Below, in pieces: positions 55,920-64,000 of a stretch of DNA of 64,000 nt. This DNA is from Diplonema japonicum (Eukaryota; Protista; Euglenozoa: Diplonemea), in the NCBI GenBank assembly GCA_964019335.1, contig OZ025648.1:1-64000 (forward strand), in the 5' to 3' direction. Position 1 is the first letter of the stretch, and each line of letters opens with the position of its first letter. The position numbers were made by a program, and so were the translations under genes. A model generated the notes under the pieces. That model ran no database searches, had not been told where the DNA came from, and saw only the letters and a list, made by a program, of their open reading frames with translations.

Positions 55920-58900
55920 CTATGAAACGCTCCAGCAGAAGATGCAGCGGTCGATGTTGCCGATGGAGAGAAGGGTGCTGCTGCTGGGGGTCAACACGAT
56001 CTTCGAGACAGCAGCAGAGTGCCCGCGGAAGACACGCTTTGACTTGGATGCCGCTGGCAGGGGGAAGGTGGAGTAAATAAGTTTGCCGTGCACGTCGGAG
56101 GCAATCATGATGCTCTTCGTGGCACTGGCAGCAAGGGAAGACACCTCAGAGGCGTTCGTGTAGGCTGCAGGGTCCCACAGCCCCATAGTACACCACCCCA
56201 GAGGACTGGTCCAGTTGCTGTACAGCATGTCTCTGAACTGATGTGGGTGTACGATGTGCGCTCCGCTGCTTGTAAAGTGCAGCAGCTCATTTGAAGTAGT
56301 GGACACCTGAAGCACTGATGAGTCTACAGACCAATCGATTGACTTCACAGCACCATGATGCGCCCTGCACACACCCACCTTGCAAAACCCTTCAGACACC
56401 TTAAAAAGGTCTACGCATGACGACCTAAACCCCACAGCCAACATGTCCCCGCAAGGGCTATACTCGAGTACCTGTTAATTTCATAAGGCATTCTTTGGAC
56501 ATACCGTCACATCGGCAGCCTCTGGCTTTTCTTGTTTCTTGTCAACAGGACAGTCTTCGACCACCTCCAAGGGGTCGATGCTGTCCTCGTCTATCTCTAT
56601 TTTTTGTTGGATGGTGCTGTGGATGCTGTCTTCCGTAAGGGACGAACAAAACACCTCAAAACAGCCACTGGAGTAGCCCACCGCGATGTACTTCCCATCA
56701 GGAGAGTAACTCAGTGTGCGGACGCGGCCTCTCACCGACACCTCTTTCACAAACTGCTTTGTGTCGTACCGCCAGACGCGAACAGTTCTGTCGTCCGAGC
56801 CAGTCACGAAGAACGGATCCCTGCAAAAAATGAACATTTGACTAACTACACTACATACGTCGGATGTGCTGCTAGCGCCCGGAACTCACCCACCTTGTTA
56901 TGACTGGAGCTTAAGACCTTCGTAATGGGTGTCCTAGTCGTGCTTACCTGAATGTGTAAGTAGTAATGTGTCATGTGATGAGTATACCTCAATAAGCTTA
57001 TTCGTGGTTGTGCCTAAGAAGAGCGTGTCAGCTGTGCCGGTTACCATAGAAGCAACGCCACCGATGCTCTCCAGGTCACGCCCCTGAGCCTCGTCACTAT
57101 TGAGACACACTTCAGTGCCGATGGGGGAGTCCTTCGCGAGCGGGATGCACTTAGATAGAACGATGCCCACCTCGGTCCTCACCCATATCTTGACAACGCT
57201 GTCTCTGCCCGATGTGGCCACCTGGTTCGCGTCGCTGAGACCAGTCGCAGACAGCACAGGCCCTTTGTGCGCTTCCTTCGTGGACGAAGTGAGCTTCAAA
57301 ATCCCATCGATGCTTGTGCCAAACGTCAACAGGCTCCCTTCAGAGGTACCTACGAGCAGCTTGTCAGCAAAGTAGTGATGGCAGAGTATGCTCTGAGTGT
57401 CACCTTTCTTACCGTAAATAGCTAGCTTCCCCCCTAGCGTGGTCGACACATTCCATTTCCTTAAGTGGTTGGCCCCGTAAGTGATGAGCGTCTTGTCCTC
57501 GTAGGGGCTGAAGGCGATACCCTTAATCTGCCCACTGTCCTTTCCGGTGGGGGCTGTGCACACTATCTGTTCTTTGAGCCAATCCCAAATGGTGAGCGTG
57601 TTCTGCGAGTCGGATGAAACAGTACCCAGAAGGCCCCCTTTGCTGAAGCACATGAGCAGTACTCCCTTGCCTGCGTTGCAGGGGATCGTCCTGTACGGCT
57701 TCCTTACATCGTTGGAGTCCCACACCACTAGCTGGGGCTTAGACGCAGACAGCGAAGATGTTGCAAACACATGGCGCCTAGCGGGGTGCTGTGCGAGGCA
57801 CACAATGTCATCGTTGTGGTGTGCGAAGAACCTCTGTTCTTCCCCGTGCAGCGACTGCAGCACCACAAGGCCAGAAACGCAGTACACGAGGTCCTTCTTC
57901 GTCACTGCTAGGTTGTTGCTTACAATAGTTTCCGTCCCTCGTATCCCGCCTTTGTAGCCGTAGATGTGCTTTAGAGAAAGCTTCAGTTGCCTTTCGCACT
58001 TTGCAGCTGGGACCTCTGAGGGCTGGTACATCTTGCTTCGCATCCAAGCTGGCTGCTTAATAGGCGCCACAGTGCCTTGAGTGCCTGCTGCAGTCTCCAT
58101 GTTCTCTTTTTCCCTTTTCCTCTCTGCTACCGCTTTCAGGAGACCCGCAGAACGGCTCCTCTGTATTGGCCGTTCCTTTTCCTCGTGCACCTTGGTAGGG
58201 CGGACCCTTGTTGGGCCCACGGATGACCTTGTTTTCTTCAGGCTTGAGGCGAGGTTGGGTACAAGGGGAGACAGGGCCTTGCCTGGTGTCTGGTGGTCCT
58301 TACCAACGGTAGACAAGCTGGATGTAAGCTTTTCCGAGAGAGAATCAAGCGCGACAGACAACTTGCTGATGTCACTACCTAGGTTGGCGAGGGTGGGGGC
58401 TAAGGCACGCGGGCAGGATGCGGGAAGTGCGTCTGCTACGGTGTTCACGGAGTTGATGAGAGATGAGCAGGCGGAGGCGACGGTGTCGAAGGGGAGGTGC
58501 GCCGGATCGTGTTTGGGTGAGGCGAGGGGTGTGTTGGGGACACTGTGCAGCACAGGGAAATTGGTGCTAGTAAGGGACCCCCATTTACCGAAAGGCGTTG
58601 CGGGGTCAGCATGGATAGAGGTCTCTGTGGGTGTGCTGTTGGCGGTGGTGGACCTTGAGTTGCACGCTGACGACGCGGAGAAGATAACCTTTGGGTTCCC
58701 GATGGTGGGGTGCCGCCCGAGATCCTCACGTATCAAGAGCTCCGTGACCATAGGGCAGCTGGCCATGCTGTCGTGCACCACAGCGTGCACTTCGATAAGC
58801 TTCCCGATGCACAGTTCATCATTGTGGAAGGATTCCAAGGCAGTATCACCAAGGGTCATCTTCAGGCACACACTGGTGTCGCTCAGGATCAAGAACACCG

Positions 58901-59042
58901 ACCCCACCGCATCGTAACAATTCGTGTCACTGGACACCTGCAGCACCTGCGCTACATTGGGGCCAGCTTCCTCCTCATCGACATGGCGCCCTTTGTCTGC
59001 AAGGCGTTGGAGCCAGCCAGGAACCAGCTCTTCGAGGCCCAT
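55920..59042 (-). CDS. EML/EMAP-like HELP + WD40 protein with N-terminal RPA70N-like OB fold, multi-exon
   Basis: LKLSLKHIYGYKG...NNL (HELP), HNDDIVCLAQHP, TGSDDRTVRVW, IDWSVDS, WTSPLGWCTMGLW and GHSAAVS. Confidence 0.85.
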
Positions 59043-59389
59043 GGTCCAGTGATCCTGATGTTGCAATGTTGGAATAAAGTAATGCAAGCATGAAAATAAA
59101 GAAAAGAAAAACACGGCTCCTCCTTGATACGACCACGCAGCTCTTAATAGCAAGAAGCCAGACAATCGTGTATTCACAAATGGAGGCCACCAACAGGGAG
59201 GGGGGCAAGCATCATTATTGTGTTTTTGTGTAATTCCCATAAGACCAGTGGAAGCATACTGGAATAGGAAACCTTTGAGAAAACGGAGGGCTTATCTGTG
59301 ACACGCCAATACTGAGTACTAGACGGCAGGAGGGCAAAGCGACCACCCTAGCCAATTCGTCCTAGTAAGGACGTGGCATAAAGGGCGGC

Positions 59390-59822
59390 CTTTTTCTTCT
59401 TTTTTTTTTCGCTCCCACCAAAAAAAGTAAAAAAAAATAAAAAATAATTAAAACCAGCGTACAATAAAAGGGGCACAGGATAACAGTTTTTTTTTAAAGG
59501 AATAACCACGACCCCAGCTAAAGGATGGGGTAAGTAAAATAACGAAAGGGGGAAAAAAAACAAGGGAAAAAAAAAAAGAGAACTTGACCGCTGTTTGAGC
59601 TCCTTTCCAGTGGTTGTAAACCGACATTGCTGTACTAGTCAGAACCTGTAGGTCAGAAACACGTTGTCAATGTGTCCCCTTTTCCCCTTTTTGTTGTTTA
59701 GGCCAATCAGAGACTCGGTCCTTGCAGAGAAGAGAAAAAAAAAAAACAGAAACTTCCTTTATTTTGCCAAAAATTCCACAAAAAAAAAAAGTGAGGAATA
59801 ACGATTCATAATAGTACTCATT

Positions 59823-59857
<35 letters not shown>

Positions 59858-59969
59858 CCATTTCAGTTCATTCCTTTTTTCTGTTCTTTTTTCTTTCTTT
59901 TTTTTTTTCCCTCTTAGAAACAGGACAAAAAAAAAAAATAGAAACAGAAGAGAAAAATGGGAAGAGGGA

Positions 59970-60013
<44 letters not shown>

Positions 60014-60215
60014 AAGAATAGAAAGTGGGGTTCTTTCTTTCTTCCCCTCTCTCTGTGTTTCTTTTTTTCTTTTTCTGAAATAGGGAGAGGAAAAAAAAAA
60101 AACAGTCTCAATAACAAGAGCCTGGCAGAAAAGGTCATCGCAAGGGAAAAAAAAATACGGAGGGAAAAAAAAAAAAGAGAAAAAAAAATCGCATCAGAAA
60201 AAAAAAAAAAGCTAG
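59390..60215. repeat. Low-complexity tract: many poly(A)/poly(T) runs and a (GA)n microsatellite at about 59974-60010
   Basis: T run of about 32 nt at 59826-59857, multiple A7-A12 runs, about 18 GA units. Confidence 0.9.
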
Positions 60216-60378
60216 TGTGGCGCTTCATTTGCTTGTGCGCACGAGCGGGATTTTACCTTATAAAATAGCTCATTACGCTGCCATCAACTAGTTTTTAGTC
60301 TCGACAATAATATTGTTAAAACAAAAAAATTGATAAAGCTTCAGTGCTGAAGCATAAAGAAAAAAAAAACTCTCATTT

Positions 60379-63300
60379 CTAAATAGCGGTTTGGTCTGTC
60401 TGGGGATTGTGCGGGAGCATCTCAGCGCCTTCGCCCTCTTCATCATCAATGTTGATCTTCATAGAGCGAAGTCGTGGCCGCTCCTCTGGCACCCTTGGGT
60501 TATAATCATGCGCTGGGCCATCTTTGGTCTCCGGCGACAACTGTGAAGGGGAGAAATCAGGGAAGTCCGAGACAGCAGGCTTGTCGACAACACCTTCATC
60601 GTTGTAAGACCTGCTTGACGCGGGTGACACAACGTCAGGTGTCACCTTGCGTGACCCCAATAAGAATTTGATGCCAGATGCTGCACCACACACTACCATC
60701 AGCAGGCCTATCACAAGCACAACAACATGCCACCCTTCGTCCCCAAACTTGCTGTCTGAAGACGTCGGGCACAGCGTCGGGTCCGTAACGTTCCCAGAGG
60801 TACACGACCCTGGGGTGCTGTTTGTGACAGATATCGAATCGATACCCGCCACTGGCAGCCCTAAGCTGTCAGATAGTTCGTCTGTTGTAAAGGACTCCAG
60901 CCGCGAAGCAAGGTTCTGCAATTCCTTCTCCTGTACATCTGCGTCGTACGTCTGGCTGTCTGTCGACTCGATCTCGAACTTCACCACAATACTCCCACCC
61001 TGCACGTCCACGATACGTATCCTGCTCGGGTTGATGCCAAGCAGTTTCGCTATGTTCCCTGCAAAGGTCTCGCTGCTGCCACTGTAAAACGCCTCAATGG
61101 TCATGTCCAGCCTCATCGCCACACGCACCACAAGCAGCTGGTGGATCTCGAAGCCTTTCCCGCATTCCAGCACGACATGCACCAGCCTCTTCTCAAGCCC
61201 CTCGTAGTAGTTTGTCGAGTGCGGCATCGAGATGTCAACAGGCACCTCCGAAGTGGGTGCCCTCCCCGTCTCGTTGTTGTCCGGGTCGCGCCACACCTGT
61301 ATCCTCAGAGGCTCCCTGTAGTGCACTGTGAGCAACACCTTCTCCTTCTTCATGCAGTGGTTCAGCTCCCACTGCGTCCTTCTCGGAGGCAAGTCACCAA
61401 AATCAATTTTGTAATGCCGGTTGGTTTCCATCACTGCCCAGAACCACGATTCTCTCTTGAAAGATGGCCACTCCGTCTCCATGTATTTGTCGGGCGGCTG
61501 GTTGACAAGGTAGAACGGCTGCCCAGACACGTTCATGTACTCCACCCTCAGCGGGTAGATCCTGCGGTCTTTGGCATCGGGGTCCAAGGAGCGCACAAAC
61601 AGCTCAGCGTGGTTTACGTTAGTGCACTTCATGGCGTTCCAACTCTGTGGTGACGTTATGACAGCAAGCATATCATACCCCCACACGGCTGCACCTGTCC
61701 GAGGTGCCTCCAGACACATGCCCGTGGACAATCGACTGGGCTGTTGCTTCCTGCAGAATGTGTGGTGGTGTAATATGCCATACCATTCCAGGGAAAAGCG
61801 ACCCATCAGGTGACATGATCAGTGTCTGCTGCAAACCTGAGCAGTCCCAGCCATCCCCGCATTGCACACCTGTGCGCCATCCCCGCGATGGGTCGTGGAA
61901 GTAGACTAGTGCACCCTCGTCGACGTTTGTCCACTTCGCATTTGTGATGGTGTGTGGCAACACGTGCGTGCGTGCCTGACCAAGAGTGTGCAGAGCCGCG
62001 TCACGTCCACAGGAGGCACCTGTGCGGAAGTTCTTGAACTCTACGTTATTAATGACCGCATTCCCATAGTACGACACATGCCCCAACATGTCATATGGCA
62101 GGGGGCTATCCACTTTGCGCTTCATCTTAGACTTTTTGTTTTCAGACCTCGACTGCCCCAACAACACTCCCGTTGACGCTGTTTCAAACGTGTCGCCTTC
62201 GAAGGCTCTGTCCTTGCACTGCCCCCTGCCGCCGTACTCGAAGGCATGGATCGACACACACCGCACCTCGTCACAAGGCCTACCGAGTTCTGAGGTGCTC
62301 CTTCCTGCGATTACACTGTCCTCCAGGTACATCACGAACCGACCGTTACTTGTCTTTACCATGTTGACAGCAATATGGTTGTCATGGAAGACGGAGTCCT
62401 TGATGTGCAGGTGCGCGTTCATCATGGCGAATACCCCAAGGTAGCTGTTCTTCCAAGCACGCACGCCCCGTAGCTCAGTGCACCATGACCTCTTCAGCAG
62501 GAACCACCCATGAGCGCATGAGTGCGCTTCGTTGTTCAATAGCCCAGCACTGCTTCCGCAAGTCTCTCCTGGGATGCAGTACCCCTCCCCCCATGAACCA
62601 GCGACGACATTGTCCTTGGCCACGATGTGTCTGCCGCTGTGGATGGTGCAGGAGCGCTCGTCGAAGTCACCATTCCCTTCGAATTGCGTGTTGCCGACCA
62701 GATTCCCATACAACTGTGAAGATGAGCTGTAAGCAAGGAACATACCCAAACGTTCGTCTTCGACCACTTCCAGTAGTCCACCTGGACTGTGCTCTGCCTC
62801 GAGCGATAGATAACGCTGTCCTTAACAACTAGCCCGGAAGTGCCTTCCAGTCGCAGCGCCTGTGAATGGTGTGACAGCACAGCTAGCATACCCGTATCCC
62901 GTAGACAAGGTTGTTCCACATGCTGACATGACTGAAAGTGATAATCTCCTTGTCCAATGCATTAAGGTAGACTGTGCCCCTGCCGCCGCCGTACTGCCCA
63001 CAGTGCGCAAATTCTACGTACGAGATATTGGCCTTGGCGTGGAACTGGGGATCCTTGGCAAGGTTACCAAAGACAACATGTGGTCCGTAGGCACCCTCTG
63101 CGTAGGTTGTGGAGTCGGGATTTGTAATCTTGATGTTGTGCGACAGGTAGCCCACCTCACCACGGAGCTTGAAGCCATCAGAGGTGGTGCCTACATGTCT
63201 GTAGGCTAGTGGCGCATCGATTGTGATGGTGCTGCCCGCAATAGCGGTGATAGTGGCAACCTCAGCATGGTCGGACTCGTAGTCGGTGGATGTAACCCAC

Positions 63301-64000
63301 ACCTTTCCACCCACCTCCCAGTTCACTGCGTCTTGCAGCACCAGCTGTGTGGAACCTGCATCTGCTGTGGCTGCGAGCTTCGTCCATATCTTGCCGATGT
63401 TTTTGCCGTGTGCGCTGAATGTGCCAAAAACAGCAAGCACGGCAGATCCGAGGAAGTGTGTCTTGCTGATGGCTAAGCTCGGTATGTTGCTCGCGCCGCG
63501 CAAGTGGATATTAACTTTGCTCGTCATAGGCTCCTCGGGGGTGCCAATGATCAGCTCGCCAGACTGTGGTACAGTTCCTTGGGCCCTTCAGTATCATACC
63601 TGCACAAAGATGTGGTTGGCGTCGATAGTAACATCGAAGCCGTCGACCACAATGAGTACGCCCTGGATGATCAACGTCTTCAGCCTGGGGGTATTTGTCT
63701 TCAGCAGGACGGTCCTCCCTTTAGGAATGAACGCCACATCGCCTTCAACTGGCACACCAGTGGGTGTACCCACCCATGCAGCGGGGTCTGTCCATTCCCT
63801 GTGAGTATTACGATGCTTATAAAGCTTTGAGCATACCATTCTTCAGACGGGACTCTCTCCTTCAACATAGCGATGCACTGGTCAGAACCCGGTAGGACTG
63901 CACAGGGAATGGGTGTCAGCTCTACAAACTGCGACCTTCCAGGGTAAGAGATGTCGTGGCTGATGCTATTGAAGAGCAAGGAGAGGGTCTTGCCGTCGGA
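60379..64000 (-). CDS. Fibrocystin-L (PKHD1L1)-like surface protein, 3' part: G8 domain, parallel beta-helix repeats, C-terminal TM; 5' end outside the window
   Basis: WTDPAAW...PVEGD.AFIPKG (G8), LIIGTPEEP, WTKLAATA, GEVGYLSHNIKI, VEFAHCGQ, NNEAHS, FAGNIAKLLGINPSRIRIV and TM VVVLVIGLLMVVCGAA. Several 33-35 nt introns. Confidence 0.85.

Noticed and set aside
385-64000. tRNA, rRNA or transposon genes
   Set aside because: No cloverleaf, rRNA motif, or RT/transposase/integrase signature was seen by eye; a tRNAscan/Rfam run is needed to exclude them fully.

Overview
Eukaryotic nuclear DNA, most likely a euglenozoan and probably a diplonemid. The evidence is BILBO1-type domains, YNP..YGPEP helical modules, and AG acceptors a few nt before start codons that suggest SL trans-splicing. 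The window opens with 48 perfect copies of GGGTTTGC (1-384). About 27 protein-coding genes follow, all on the minus strand and transcribed toward the repeat. Spacers are often only 40-70 nt, and genes are interrupted by dozens of very short (mostly 31-39 nt) GT-AG introns with a GTATG donor. The ORF track fragments these genes, so the coordinates below are my hand-spliced models. Recognisable products: GlpA/LhgO-like FAD oxidoreductase, exostosin GT47, DnaJ, EHD-like GTPase, MYST acetyltransferase, divergent myosin, tandem BILBO1-NTD protein, folate-receptor-like protein, VPS18, N-formylglutamate amidohydrolase-like protein, AN1 zinc finger, ATG16-like, MON2, ARP6, PPR, EML-like WD40 and fibrocystin-L-like. 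Most notable: (1) an intron-bearing, apparently mitochondrion-targeted DSYB-like methyltransferase (DMSP biosynthesis) in an apparent euglenozoan; (2) a kinetoplastid-style unidirectional array combined with dense mini-introns; (3) a telomere-like array in the wrong polarity for a left telomere; (4) an exact kinetoplast UMS dodecamer in a structured spacer; (5) an RPA70N-type OB fold fused to an EML protein. All family assignments come from motif recognition by eye; no database searches were run.
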